From the IMG/VR virus record IMGVR_UViG_3300008261_000005: a stretch of DNA of 64,000 bases; one strand, written 5' to 3'. This DNA is from a virus. The position numbers and the translations under genes were made by a program. Of this stretch, positions 45,581 to 55,657 are shown in pieces. Below the pieces are notes generated by a model. That model ran no database searches. It saw only the letters and a program-made list of their open reading frames with translations, and was not told the DNA's origin. Position 1 is the first letter of the stretch. Each line of letters begins with the position of its first letter.

Positions 45581-46494
45581 TACTTGCTCACTATAAATTT
45601 ATTGGGCATTCTAGGTGGATTAACATACATGGATTTAAATAGTTTACTTTGTTCGGCAGTAAACATATCTGCCATTTCTAATTCTAATTCGTGTACGAGA
45701 GTTTCTCCAATTCCCATAATTTCATAAGGTAACATTTTATCAGTTACTTTTCCATCATTGTTTTCCCAGTAATTGTTTAACCATTTAAAGTCACGTACAT
45801 TAACATAATCCCAATCTGTACAATTAGTCATGTAGCAACCTTGTCTAGCACCATATATTGCCCAAATGCCATTAGGCACATCTGCACCTATGTGCATCCA
45901 GACCATCAAACGTTGAAAATTCTTCCAGTGAACTTGCTTAACAATATTATCAGCTTTAGATCCCTCAAGCAATCCCATTTTGACACCTTCACGAAAGCCC
46001 GCACGCCAGGCTTGCTGTGGGCTTGCATTATTATGCACGTCACTCATGCATTGTTCCATTTGAATGTAATTAATATCCCAACAAAAATCCACTTGGGTCT
46101 TAGCATTATCACTTTCCGCAGCCTCGTGGGTCTTCATATCTAATACTAATTGCGTGGGCCAACACTTAATACCACCATTACCATATATCAATCCGTTAAT
46201 AACATTTTGTGCGCCCCAACTAATAACACTTTTATCAAGTTCAACGTCATCTTTAAATTCTATAACCTGTTCTAAAAATTCTGGACGTACAATATTGTCC
46301 CCGTCAATCACAATTAATCTTGGAGTACTACACAATCTAGCACAGGCCTTATGTGCTGCATCACTGCCCTCTACCCCGTGTACACGTTTAGCCCAAGGAA
46401 CTTTTTTTAACAAGTCTGCGTAATTTTTTTCAGCGTTAGGCTCATCATAACTTAGATATACGATATCACAGTCTATTACTTTTAATGTACTCAT
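45580..46494 (-). CDS. GT-A fold glycosyltransferase-like protein
   Basis: DIVYLSY, VIDGD (DxD), YGNGGIK, AWRAGFREGVK. Confidence 0.6.
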   Translation of the reverse strand: MSTLKVIDCDIVYLSYDEPNAEKNYADLLKKVPWAKRVHGVEGSDAAHKACARLCSTPRLIVIDGDNIVRPEFLEQVIEFKDDVELDKSVISWGAQNVINGLIYGNGGIKCWPTQLVLDMKTHEAAESDNAKTQVDFCWDINYIQMEQCMSDVHNNASPQQAWRAGFREGVKMGLLEGSKADNIVKQVHWKNFQRLMVWMHIGADVPNGIWAIYGARQGCYMTNCTDWDYVNVRDFKWLNNYWENNDGKVTDKMLPYEIMGIGETLVHELELEMADMFTAEQSKLFKSMYVNPPRMPNKFIVSK

Positions 46495-47078
46495 GCTACT
46501 AACAACCCATAAGATTTAAAATAACCAAAAGTTGAAATGGTAAAAGAATCAATATCTTCTTCTAAACTGGATTTAAAATGTAACTTATTTCCGTCTTTTA
46601 TATTGGAAACTTGTATGGTAATTGTTTTAAGCAAGTAATGGGGGTCTTTTACTGTAGTTAAATAAAAATCAAAAGTTGTAGATGGATTAATTTTAGATAT
46701 CATAACTTTAGCATCATCACTTAATAATATTTCCCAACGTTTTTGCTTTTTTTTATGAATGATTGTAAAATCTGTAATACCCTTATCAGTCACTCGAGGG
46801 ATTTCATAAATCAATGCACTGGATATTTTAATAGACTCGTCTTTAGTCTGTAATGCATTATCAAATTTAAAATAATCAATATTATATCGACAGTAATCTT
46901 TTTTTCCGCTTAAAAAATCATGCAATCTAGACTTTGGCACTTCTAAGTATCCACCAGTACTGGGTAAATTAGAAATGCCTGTAATAGTTCCAGCTTCGTC
47001 ATGCCAAACATACATTGTTTTAGGTATTTCTGACACTGCTTCTGCTTGTAAAATTTCTTGTAATGTAAGTGTATCCAT
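46491..47078 (-). CDS. hypothetical protein
   Basis: 195 aa ORF in operon. Confidence 0.55.
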   Translation of the reverse strand: MDTLTLQEILQAEAVSEIPKTMYVWHDEAGTITGISNLPSTGGYLEVPKSRLHDFLSGKKDYCRYNIDYFKFDNALQTKDESIKISSALIYEIPRVTDKGITDFTIIHKKKQKRWEILLSDDAKVMISKINPSTTFDFYLTTVKDPHYLLKTITIQVSNIKDGNKLHFKSSLEEDIDSFTISTFGYFKSYGLLVA

Positions 47079-47079
47079 A

Positions 47080-47901
47080 TTAATATCTCAATGTGTTAAT
47101 AATGTTATTTGTCAAAAAGTCATCCTCAGTGTAATGAAATACACCAGTTTGTAAAAAATTACCAATTTTTAACTGTTTATCTTGATTAAAACTAATACCT
47201 ATTTGATTTATCCAAGACGAAGGGGGACTGTCCCACCCCTGAATTGCTGGCTTCATGTGTACAAACGATGGAGAAACTTTAGATGTCATTTCGTGTTCTG
47301 TTTCCATAAACACTAACGCAAGTGCCGCATTGACATCCATACTACAAAATCTTTGTTTTGTATTAGGTAAGAATTTATCGTAAAATTGTTCCCAATTTTT
47401 AGTAATAACTTCTAACCATTTATAAAATTCGTATCCTTGCACTGACTTCTTAAAATAATGAACTCCAGTATATACATTAGGTAGGTTATTTGCAGTAAAA
47501 GTTTTTCTGTAATAATCATCACTAATTTCTCTACCTTTATAATCTTTTACACACGAAGTAAGACATATTGATTTGTTTTTAAGAAATTCCCACCAATGAT
47601 CATTCGATGTTAATAACAGCATGTCAGTATCATATATCAAACTTTCTTTAAACGGTGTTATATGTGCAATTTTCCACCTGTTTTCAACTTTCCATGTTTT
47701 TTCTTTAGCATCATCACCCCACGGTATATCTAATATGTGGTCAAATGTGTGTCTGTAATCATCAGGCACTGTATCATTTGTAATTAAACAAGTCTGATTA
47801 TGCTGTTTATTATTCAATTTGATAGATAGTGCAAGAGCATAGGCTTGTGTTACATAGTTTACGTTTGAGTTTTGAGCTAGGAATACATGACCTTTAGACA
47901 T
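47080..47901 (-). CDS. GT8-like glycosyltransferase
   Basis: YDTD (DxD), NVYTGVHYF, MD, VHMK; paralog of 47894-48736. Confidence 0.6.
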   Translation of the reverse strand: MSKGHVFLAQNSNVNYVTQAYALALSIKLNNKQHNQTCLITNDTVPDDYRHTFDHILDIPWGDDAKEKTWKVENRWKIAHITPFKESLIYDTDMLLLTSNDHWWEFLKNKSICLTSCVKDYKGREISDDYYRKTFTANNLPNVYTGVHYFKKSVQGYEFYKWLEVITKNWEQFYDKFLPNTKQRFCSMDVNAALALVFMETEHEMTSKVSPSFVHMKPAIQGWDSPPSSWINQIGISFNQDKQLKIGNFLQTGVFHYTEDDFLTNNIINTLRY

Positions 47902-48736
47902 TTCGTATAACCCTCAATAAGCTCTGTTTATTCATAACATGTACGTCTAAAGAATTGGTACTAATTGCAGTGTATTGATCTACTGTATTTTCTTTATTAA
48001 CTAGCAATGTCATTTTGTTATCAGTTGCGCTAATTAAAATGTCTCTGTCTAGGATATAGCTCAATTTATTAGCAATAGGCATGGCAAAATCACCACTAGT
48101 AAATCCGTTCATCATATGAATAGCAATGCTAAACGCAATATCATTGCGGTAACGTGTACTTGGTACTCTATACAATTTAGCATAGTATACCCAATTATCT
48201 TTAATGTGTTCAATTAAAGTGAAAAAATGTTCAGTTGTTGAATTTTTCCTAAAGAAAAATACAGTAGCCCAATAAAAAGGTATGCTAAACTGATTAATAT
48301 AATCAAACTCGCTGGTATTTCTCCACGATGCTAGATCATTATATTTGTTATATATTAAGAAATTATGATTTTGATCCCAGCAATATTCAAGAAATGATGA
48401 ATTAATTATAAAATCACTATCTATTACTAGTGTTTCATCATAAGGACTTAGGTAGAAACAATTTGCTCTGTTAGAATTTTTCCATACTAGGTTAGAATAA
48501 CTATCAGCGCCATCATAAAATTTTTTAACTTGCGTGGTTGTGTCAACAGATTCAATGATCTTATCAAATACATCTACATCGTTGGGGAAAGTCTTATATA
48601 GCCATTCAGAACTATCAGTTACTAGACTAACTGGTTTATTTAAAAAACGTTTTACCCGTTTGGCTGCATATATCGACAACTCCACATAGTCAACTTCAGA
48701 ATTATTAAAGGCAAATATTAATACACCTTGTGTCAT
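47894..48736 (-). CDS. GT8-like glycosyltransferase
   Basis: SPYDETLVIDSD (DxD), WATVFFF, RND, HVMNK. Confidence 0.6.
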   Translation of the reverse strand: MTQGVLIFAFNNSEVDYVELSIYAAKRVKRFLNKPVSLVTDSSEWLYKTFPNDVDVFDKIIESVDTTTQVKKFYDGADSYSNLVWKNSNRANCFYLSPYDETLVIDSDFIINSSFLEYCWDQNHNFLIYNKYNDLASWRNTSEFDYINQFSIPFYWATVFFFRKNSTTEHFFTLIEHIKDNWVYYAKLYRVPSTRYRNDIAFSIAIHMMNGFTSGDFAMPIANKLSYILDRDILISATDNKMTLLVNKENTVDQYTAISTNSLDVHVMNKQSLLRVIRNV

Positions 48737-49080
48737 AAATCTAACAAACTCTCAACTGATCTACTATTTTTGATTTTTTGATATTGGGTTTGATAACTGT
48801 TTGTCGCAGATGCATACACTGACAATATGCTGTCTAAAAATTCTGTTAGTGAGGGGATGTCTACTGGAAGATTATTGTCATCAAGAATGACTGAATCAGT
48901 ATGCTCAAGATCAATTAAAGTTTTTACAAAATTAATTAATTCTCTAGTGACTTTGAATGTTGCGCCGTTAAAAAAATAAACGCAATTTTGTTGATATTCT
49001 TCGTAAATTACCTTTTTTTGATTGGCCAACGTTGTTACAAAATTGGCAATTTCAAAGGCTTTTAATAGCTTGTCGTCCAT
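48733..49080 (-). CDS. hypothetical protein (possibly tail-fibre-assembly-like)
   Basis: 115 aa after a GGAGG RBS; first gene of the GT/radical SAM operon. Confidence 0.5.
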   Translation of the reverse strand: MDDKLLKAFEIANFVTTLANQKKVIYEEYQQNCVYFFNGATFKVTRELINFVKTLIDLEHTDSVILDDNNLPVDIPSLTEFLDSILSVYASATNSYQTQYQKIKNSRSVESLLDL

Positions 49081-49099
49081 ACGGACCTCCTGAACAATA

Positions 49100-49128
49100 A
49101 TTATACTATCTTATAATTATCGTGTCAA
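49100..49128 (-). promoter_or_regulatory. sigma70-type promoter for the GT/radical SAM operon
   Basis: Minus strand reads TTGACA-cgataattataagatag(17)-TATAAT, then GGAGG and ATG. Confidence 0.85.
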
Positions 49129-49141
49129 GAGCTATAAGGGT

Positions 49142-50104
49142 TTATATTCCGGATTGAGTGAATGCGGGACTAGGAACTGTTACGTTTGCTGATGCGGCTC
49201 TTGCAATTTTTACAATACTAGTTAGTGTACCAGTAACTTGTTCATCAACTCCAGGCCCTGGTCTACGTCCAGGTCGTTGATCTCCGAGGTCTGCGTCATC
49301 AAACTCAATAGTAAACGTTAATACTGTAGCAGTATTGTTAGCTGCATTCTTTTTAACTAGAATTCTATATTCGTTTTCTAGGTAAACCCCAGGAGTTGTT
49401 GGTTTAACAAAAACATATTGATCTGAAGTTGTCAACTCATACCAACCAATTGATGTTTTTGGATATCCGCCCGCGGCTTCAGTACCAGTATACGTAGTTC
49501 CGTGGGCTGCAAATTTAATTGTCCCCATTGCTGTTAGCATTTGATCCCAACGACCACCTTTGTCATTAGTTCCGCCTGTATAGCCAGTAATAGTTGCCGA
49601 GAATTGAAATGATCCGCCAGCGTTAAAGAAATGTCTTGCAGCATCACCAGATGCAAAAGTTATTGTAACTGTATGAGTTAACTTGCCATTCCACGGACTG
49701 GTTCTTCTAGAAAGTGTTGGATCATATAAGTTAACTGGTGGCGCTTCTGTAAGTGCAACCGTAAGTCGATCTGTGCTACAAAGTGAAGCAAAATCTTTAT
49801 ATTGATTAGCAAATGTGTCATCAATTAAGTCAGTAGTTGTAGGCAAAGTTAAACTTACGCTTTCATTTAACCCCGTTTGATGCTGACGAATTTTAAGCAA
49901 ATCAGTTCTCAGTGTATTCCATTGACTAACAGTTACTTTAACATCTGCTGCAACTTGTGCGCTACCAACTGCTTGCCCGTAACCAGAATCAGAAAGACCA
50001 GCTCCAAGTAAGAACTCAGTTGTACTTTGAATGTTATTAAAGTCAGCAGCATAAATTATGTTTCCAGCTGCTTTTGGGAATATCCCTGGTGATCCGATTG
50101 GCAT
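49142..50104 (-). CDS. virion structural protein (tail/baseplate)
   Basis: T/G/S-rich beta protein, GxxYGQ and RHFFNAGG segments, in the tail module. Confidence 0.6.
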   Translation of the reverse strand: MPIGSPGIFPKAAGNIIYAADFNNIQSTTEFLLGAGLSDSGYGQAVGSAQVAADVKVTVSQWNTLRTDLLKIRQHQTGLNESVSLTLPTTTDLIDDTFANQYKDFASLCSTDRLTVALTEAPPVNLYDPTLSRRTSPWNGKLTHTVTITFASGDAARHFFNAGGSFQFSATITGYTGGTNDKGGRWDQMLTAMGTIKFAAHGTTYTGTEAAGGYPKTSIGWYELTTSDQYVFVKPTTPGVYLENEYRILVKKNAANNTATVLTFTIEFDDADLGDQRPGRRPGPGVDEQVTGTLTSIVKIARAASANVTVPSPAFTQSGI

Positions 50105-50127
50105 AAGTAAGTCTCTTTATTCTGTGA

Positions 50128-50135
50128 TATTTATA
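50128..50135 (-). promoter_or_regulatory. T4-type late promoter (TATAAATA)
   Basis: Full T4 late consensus on the minus strand upstream of 50104. Confidence 0.65.
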
Positions 50136-51617
50136 TTATAAAATTAATGCTTCAACTAATTTGACCCCGGTGTCATCACTAGATTGTAATGCAACAGCAA
50201 AAACTCCATTTGAGAGTGGCGCTGCTACTACTGCACAGCCATTATCAGAAGCAATCAACTCGTCTCCCTTTTTAATGGCTCCAATTACTTTAACTGGAAC
50301 TCGGCCTTTAAGAGCAACAGTGGTACCACCCTCAAGACTCTTGTTCATTAAAAATGCTGGATGCGCACTTACTGCCCCAATTGCACGTTTACCTAATTTA
50401 CTAGCAGTAATTTCTGAAGTGCCGCCAATCATCACTACAGTTCCAATGTCATATTCTGCATCAGCTAAGTATTTTTCTGCCAAGTCAGCATAGTATGCCT
50501 CAGTAGCTGTTCCAATAAATAATCTTGCCGCTAAATCACCGTCTACTGTTCTTGCCGCAATGGTATTGCCAGTGTCTGATGTTGACGCTGCTCTAGCATT
50601 GCCTGCAACATTAACTGCATCTGCTGTAGTAGCAGTACCTTCAAACGATACTGCATATACTGAGGAAAATCTTGAAGTTGATGATCCAATGTCTGACGTA
50701 TTATCTGTACCAGGTAATACGTTAGGTCCAACTAATTTCATAGGGGTGTATGTTGCGCCAGAGGTAGTTCTAAATTCAATTGTACTGCTTAATTGATTTT
50801 CAAATACTGGAGTAGTGCCTTCAATGTAAACCGCAATATCATCATCGTTACCAACAGTATAGCCTAAATCACTAAATCTAATGGCAACTGACGGTAGTGT
50901 AGAAACATCATTTCTTACAAAACTTGAAGCTGCTACACCACCCAATCTTTCTGAGTTAGAAGCTGTTCCCCAGAATCTATAATCAGATCCAGTAACACCG
51001 CGGGCGTCAGCACCGGCAGTTACGTTTGGGGTGTTAATTAAAGTTAGGCCTTTCTTAATCACGCTAAACCCAGCAATTGCATTTACAGAATTTTTAAGGG
51101 TAAATTCAGTAGGAGAAATAATATAAACAGTTGCACCATCTACGACTGCTTCAATGATGGCATGTAATCCATCAGTAGTATCTGTAACACTACGTGATCT
51201 TAATTGAGTAGTGTCTGCATCTGCTACTGCTTGCGGTCCAATTAATGAAAATTGGTCATCGGCTTCGTTCCAAGCAAACAATTGATTAGTATTTGTGTTA
51301 AACCAGAAATCACCAGTAGTTAAACCAGTTGGTTCAGCAACCCCTATTTCAGCGCCGCCAGTTGTACGAAATTGTGTTCCGTCAAAGAATTTTAACTTAC
51401 TAGAAGTAGCATCAAACCATATTTGACCAGTAATTTTCTTAGGAGGAGGATTTTCTCCTGCAAAGTTTTCCAGCAAGAAAACAAAGTTTTCGTTCTGAAT
51501 TTCCCCGTAACCAGCGTAGTTTTTACCAACAAGTTTAATATCTAAACTGCTGTCTACGGTACCGTCTTCTACGGTAGCTGCTAAATCTTGATTGTATTTG
51601 TTAATATTGTAAGGCAT
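50136..51617 (-). CDS. tail fibre/baseplate protein with C-terminal intramolecular chaperone (peptidase G2-like) domain
   Basis: Shared N-terminal GKNYAGYG...NENF..LLENFA domain; C-terminal YADLAE...GTVV...ALKGRVPVKV...KGD. Confidence 0.7.
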   Translation of the reverse strand: MPYNINKYNQDLAATVEDGTVDSSLDIKLVGKNYAGYGEIQNENFVFLLENFAGENPPPKKITGQIWFDATSSKLKFFDGTQFRTTGGAEIGVAEPTGLTTGDFWFNTNTNQLFAWNEADDQFSLIGPQAVADADTTQLRSRSVTDTTDGLHAIIEAVVDGATVYIISPTEFTLKNSVNAIAGFSVIKKGLTLINTPNVTAGADARGVTGSDYRFWGTASNSERLGGVAASSFVRNDVSTLPSVAIRFSDLGYTVGNDDDIAVYIEGTTPVFENQLSSTIEFRTTSGATYTPMKLVGPNVLPGTDNTSDIGSSTSRFSSVYAVSFEGTATTADAVNVAGNARAASTSDTGNTIAARTVDGDLAARLFIGTATEAYYADLAEKYLADAEYDIGTVVMIGGTSEITASKLGKRAIGAVSAHPAFLMNKSLEGGTTVALKGRVPVKVIGAIKKGDELIASDNGCAVVAAPLSNGVFAVALQSSDDTGVKLVEALIL

Positions 51618-51634
51618 TCCTCACCCCTTTTGTA

Positions 51635-51640
51635 TATTTA
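51635..51640 (-). promoter_or_regulatory. T4-like late promoter core (TAAATA)
   Basis: Upstream of the GAGG RBS of 51617. Confidence 0.5.
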
Positions 51641-51642
51641 TG

Positions 51643-52944
51643 TTAAACTGGCGCCACTTGATTGTAAGCCCAGCCTCTGTTAACCCCAGTGTAGACCAGT
51701 GTAAATGCCCCACCTTCCTTGTTTGCTTCTAAATTTGACGTTGCTCCGTTGATTTTTCTTGAAAATGTATCTCTAGTTATTGTCAAGTGATTTGTGTCCC
51801 ATCCAGTAGTTGAACCATCAATAAAAGACACTTGCCAACCAATTTGTGGGTTTGCTGGCAATGCAATGCTAAAAGGCGCCAGAGTGGTATCTGCAATGAT
51901 TTTATCACCATTTACCGCTGTGTACGCAGAGCTAATTACTTTCCAAGTTGAGGTAATATTACCAGTAACGGTTAAACTGCCATCAATAGTAGCGTCCCCG
52001 CCAACATCCAATGTAGTTGTTGGTACTTCTTTAAAAATACCAACATATTGATCTACTGCATTTACAGAAATTGCTTCAACTAGTAATCCAGAACTCGATT
52101 TAACTTTAACTACAAAACTTTGTCCTGAACGATTACTCACTATCTGAAATGATGACCCACTAACTCTAAGTTCGCTATCTTGATTACCAAGTATTAACGG
52201 AACTGGGTTTTGAATAGTTAGTTGACCAGAGATGCTAGAACTTGCATCAGTAGCCACAAAACTAGTAGTAGTTTTTATTGCGCCAGATGGGTCAACTAGT
52301 GCATCAGCTTTACTAGCAGTTACATGAAATTTCATGTTGGATAATGTAGAAGCGTTAAACCCTTTTTTAATAATACCAGCGTATCCTTCATTGGTCAACT
52401 GGGTTGCTGCCGCTGCGTTAGGAGTAAATTCTTCTTTACTATAAATTCCTAACAATACTTGACTTGCCCACATCTTAACAACTGTTTTTAAATTTCCTGC
52501 AACATCTAACAAGCTAACCACTTCATGTCCTGAAATTCCTTGCTCTGCGGTATACAGCGGGCCAGCTAAGACAGTTTCAGTTCCATCGTAAAACCAAAGT
52601 TGGTTAGTTAAATTATTAATCCATAAATCTCCCTGTATTAAAGTTAAGGGAGTATTTGCATCAGACGATACGATAGGACCGCCGCTTGTTCTAAATTCAG
52701 TACCTGTGTAAACTTTTAATCTATTATCGCCAGTATCAAACCAAATTTGACCAGTTATAGGATATGTAGGCTGACTAGTGTTGGCAAAATTTTCTAAAAG
52801 TTTTATTAAGTTTTCATTAAACACTTCGCCGTAGTTGGAAGAATTTTTACCAATAAGTGTAAGATCGGTACTAACTTGATCAATAGTGCTATCGCCTAAT
52901 TCAGTAAGAACAGATCCGTTTGTTTTATTAATAATGTAAGTCAT
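51643..52944 (-). CDS. baseplate/tail fibre protein
   Basis: Same N-terminal domain (GKNSSNYG...NENL..LLENFA); GQIWFD and GDLW repeats. Confidence 0.65.
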   Translation of the reverse strand: MTYIINKTNGSVLTELGDSTIDQVSTDLTLIGKNSSNYGEVFNENLIKLLENFANTSQPTYPITGQIWFDTGDNRLKVYTGTEFRTSGGPIVSSDANTPLTLIQGDLWINNLTNQLWFYDGTETVLAGPLYTAEQGISGHEVVSLLDVAGNLKTVVKMWASQVLLGIYSKEEFTPNAAAATQLTNEGYAGIIKKGFNASTLSNMKFHVTASKADALVDPSGAIKTTTSFVATDASSSISGQLTIQNPVPLILGNQDSELRVSGSSFQIVSNRSGQSFVVKVKSSSGLLVEAISVNAVDQYVGIFKEVPTTTLDVGGDATIDGSLTVTGNITSTWKVISSAYTAVNGDKIIADTTLAPFSIALPANPQIGWQVSFIDGSTTGWDTNHLTITRDTFSRKINGATSNLEANKEGGAFTLVYTGVNRGWAYNQVAPV

Positions 52945-55025
52945 TATGCTACCTTCCCAGTAAATATAATGTAATTGATTGTTTGATAATGATTAACAAT
53001 ATCAACTGGGACATTTAGAGTCTCTGATACTAAATCGTCTGTAAAAATGCCGCCGCTGTCAGTCATTAATTGACCCTGTCCTGTAGCAACTAAACCATTG
53101 GATGCTTCAGCATTTGTGTCAATTGGGGATCCAGCCCTAGGGGCAAACGCATAGTACTGTGCTCCAGCATTACCTTTCATATCATGAACGTGTTCTGGTA
53201 AATTATTACGAGTCAATGATACTGAACTGGCGCCGCCTGTGCCGCCAATCTGATCTGCTGCAACTTCAGTAATCCTATCTGCTGGAATACTTCCTCCACC
53301 GTTGGACATGTCATCCCTGCCTAACGGAAATCTCCCTCGAAGATCAGGGAGTGCAAATGTGCCTGTACCAGTCAATAAACTTATTGATTTATAATTGTAT
53401 TGTATAATTGCAAATAATTCAGGGTATGTGGAAATTAATTGTTCACTGCCGTCGCATAGCAAATACCCTAGAGGTACTACAGTTCCAGCAAACGGCATAA
53501 TTACACCAGTTGGTACTAAGGGAATATTTGAAATTAAGGAATTTTTGGATAATCTTCTTAACGACCCAGCTCTACTAATTAAAAATTCATCAGTGAGAAA
53601 AGAATCAGTGGTTGATGTTTTGTTGGTAATAAAACTACTACTAATAACTGCTGTTAATACTACTTTTCCTGAAGGGGTAGAACCATTAAAATTGATTGCA
53701 GCACTTACAACATCACTTGCTTGCTCTACTACGCCTAGTGCAGATACCCTATCTCCTAAACTAAATGCAGTTGTACTCGTCAATGTTGTAGCAGCACCAG
53801 AAATACTACCGTTTAAGAAACCAGTAAAGCTGCCGCTAATTGTGGTAGCATCAATATTATCTGCATAGATATTACTCCATCTATTAATAGATGTTCCAAG
53901 ATCATAAATGCTATCAGTTCTTGGAATAATGTTGTCTACAACGCTAGTTCCAATGATGTTTAATCCGCCGCCGGCTCTAATTAATTTTGCTACGCTTACG
54001 CCTCCAGCAGTGACAATACTGCCAGTTGACAAGCTAGTAGAATCAGTAACGTTAGTTAATAATAATTGATTGCTTGCTTTAATACTACCTTCAACATCTA
54101 ACGCTTCGTCTGGGTTTGTTTTATTAATTCCAACTCTAGAGCTGCCGTCAATTCTAAGAACAGTTGGGGAGGTTGTTCCGCTTTTAATTTTAAAGTCAAT
54201 ACTAGAACCTGAAACTCTATTATAAACTACTGCTGCATTATTTTCAATTGAAATTGACAGCGCAGAGTCTCCGCCAATACTAATACCTGCATTATTTCTT
54301 ACACTAAATCCAAAATTAGTTGTACTTGCTTCATCTTTTCTTAAAAAGTTTGTGGCTGCTACAGTAGCAGAACCAATAATTAGTGCTTCAGCTTTTTCTG
54401 ATATCCCCCAAACTTTGGTACCAGTCGCAGATGCTTTGAAATTAGTTGTTGATAAATTTGTACCTTGTCTAATTAATGGGAACCCAACCGTTGACGCTTT
54501 TGGGGTAAATTCAGTATCGCTAATAATTACAACTCTGGTTCCATTTACAAATAAAGTTAGTACTGGAACTTGAACATCGGCAGTTGATGTAATTAGTTCA
54601 ACTTTTGCACCAGTTGCTTGGCCAGCACTATATTCTGGTCCCACTAGTACCCAACTTGATCCATTATAAAGATGCAGTTGTTGCGTTGTAGTGTTAACCC
54701 AAAGGTCACCAATAACACTAGTAGTTGGTGCGGACGAAGATTTCTTAACAGAGCCAGCTGCAACCCAATTGGTGTTATCCCAAATTTTTAATTGATTGTT
54801 AATGCCAACCCGTGTATCGTACCATAATTGGCCAGCAACTGGATTAGGTGGAGCAGAGGGTTTTGCAAAATTTTCTAGTAAATGCAAAAAGTTTTCAGCA
54901 ATAACTTGCGAATAACCCGCATAGTTTTTACCAACAAACTGTACACTCTTTTCAGAGTTTAATGTTTGGTCATCTACTGTGATTGGAGTTTTAGTTGTAT
55001 CTGTAAAATTTACTTGATAACTCAT
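52944..55025 (-). CDS. short tail fibre-like protein with tail collar domain
   Basis: Same N-terminal domain; PTGVIMPFAG...YLLCDG...LPDLRGRF tail-collar motif. Confidence 0.8.
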   Translation of the reverse strand: MSYQVNFTDTTKTPITVDDQTLNSEKSVQFVGKNYAGYSQVIAENFLHLLENFAKPSAPPNPVAGQLWYDTRVGINNQLKIWDNTNWVAAGSVKKSSSAPTTSVIGDLWVNTTTQQLHLYNGSSWVLVGPEYSAGQATGAKVELITSTADVQVPVLTLFVNGTRVVIISDTEFTPKASTVGFPLIRQGTNLSTTNFKASATGTKVWGISEKAEALIIGSATVAATNFLRKDEASTTNFGFSVRNNAGISIGGDSALSISIENNAAVVYNRVSGSSIDFKIKSGTTSPTVLRIDGSSRVGINKTNPDEALDVEGSIKASNQLLLTNVTDSTSLSTGSIVTAGGVSVAKLIRAGGGLNIIGTSVVDNIIPRTDSIYDLGTSINRWSNIYADNIDATTISGSFTGFLNGSISGAATTLTSTTAFSLGDRVSALGVVEQASDVVSAAINFNGSTPSGKVVLTAVISSSFITNKTSTTDSFLTDEFLISRAGSLRRLSKNSLISNIPLVPTGVIMPFAGTVVPLGYLLCDGSEQLISTYPELFAIIQYNYKSISLLTGTGTFALPDLRGRFPLGRDDMSNGGGSIPADRITEVAADQIGGTGGASSVSLTRNNLPEHVHDMKGNAGAQYYAFAPRAGSPIDTNAEASNGLVATGQGQLMTDSGGIFTDDLVSETLNVPVDIVNHYQTINYIIFTGKVA

Positions 55026-55026
55026 C

Positions 55027-55638
55027 TTATGCTCCGGCTATGCCAGTTAAACTTTGTATTCTAACTGTGTAATCAATTTGAATTAATCTATTCAATGATT
55101 TTTGTACTGGATGAAAAATCACATGTGTTAGTAACAAACTTGATCCAGTTGAGCTATAACTTTTTAGACCCAATTCGTCAAACACTGCTGGGCTTTCTGC
55201 ATCAGTAGTGTTGTCAAATGCCAACTGACCGCTGATGTTTTCGCCGTAATCTAATAAACAAGTAATAAACACATCAGTATAATTAGTGCCAGTCACGTGT
55301 CGAGTTTCAATGTAGTTCCTAACTGGATCAACGTTTGATACACTGCGGTCATCAACTACTTTACTGTATGTTTGATTATATAAACTGGCATTAGTACCAG
55401 TACTGTTTGGGGTCAAATATGTAATAATGCCTGTTGGGTCGACAGCGGTTCCGCCGTTACCAAACGCCATTTCATATATGAAGCCTTGCCCTGAGTTAGC
55501 TATACTCTGCGCCAATGCCACGCTGATATTTTCATAATGGATTGCATTACGTTTATTCACGAAAATTTCATTAGATTCTGGATTCCAGATCTTGATATGA
55601 CCTTCTACGTGTATTCCTGTTAAGTCTTTACTTTGCAT
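55027..55638 (-). CDS. virion structural (baseplate-associated) protein
   Basis: 203 aa between the wedge and fibre genes; FDELGL, VIFHPVQKS...IDYTVRI. Confidence 0.6.
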   Translation of the reverse strand: MQSKDLTGIHVEGHIKIWNPESNEIFVNKRNAIHYENISVALAQSIANSGQGFIYEMAFGNGGTAVDPTGIITYLTPNSTGTNASLYNQTYSKVVDDRSVSNVDPVRNYIETRHVTGTNYTDVFITCLLDYGENISGQLAFDNTTDAESPAVFDELGLKSYSSTGSSLLLTHVIFHPVQKSLNRLIQIDYTVRIQSLTGIAGA

Positions 55639-55657
55639 ATTTTTCTCTCAATCAGTA

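Noticed and set aside
48733-48765. C-terminal SVESLLDL as a T4 gp33/gp55-type clamp-binding motif
   Set aside because: Resemblance to SLDFLL is weak, does not match this phage's own FxxLFE motif, and the gene heads the GT operon next to tail genes.
35655-49080. A short RiPP precursor peptide for the radical SAM/SPASM enzymes
   Set aside because: The only small ORF in the operon (43826-44053) looks like a folded helical protein, with no Cys-rich or repetitive core; not excluded, but unsupported.
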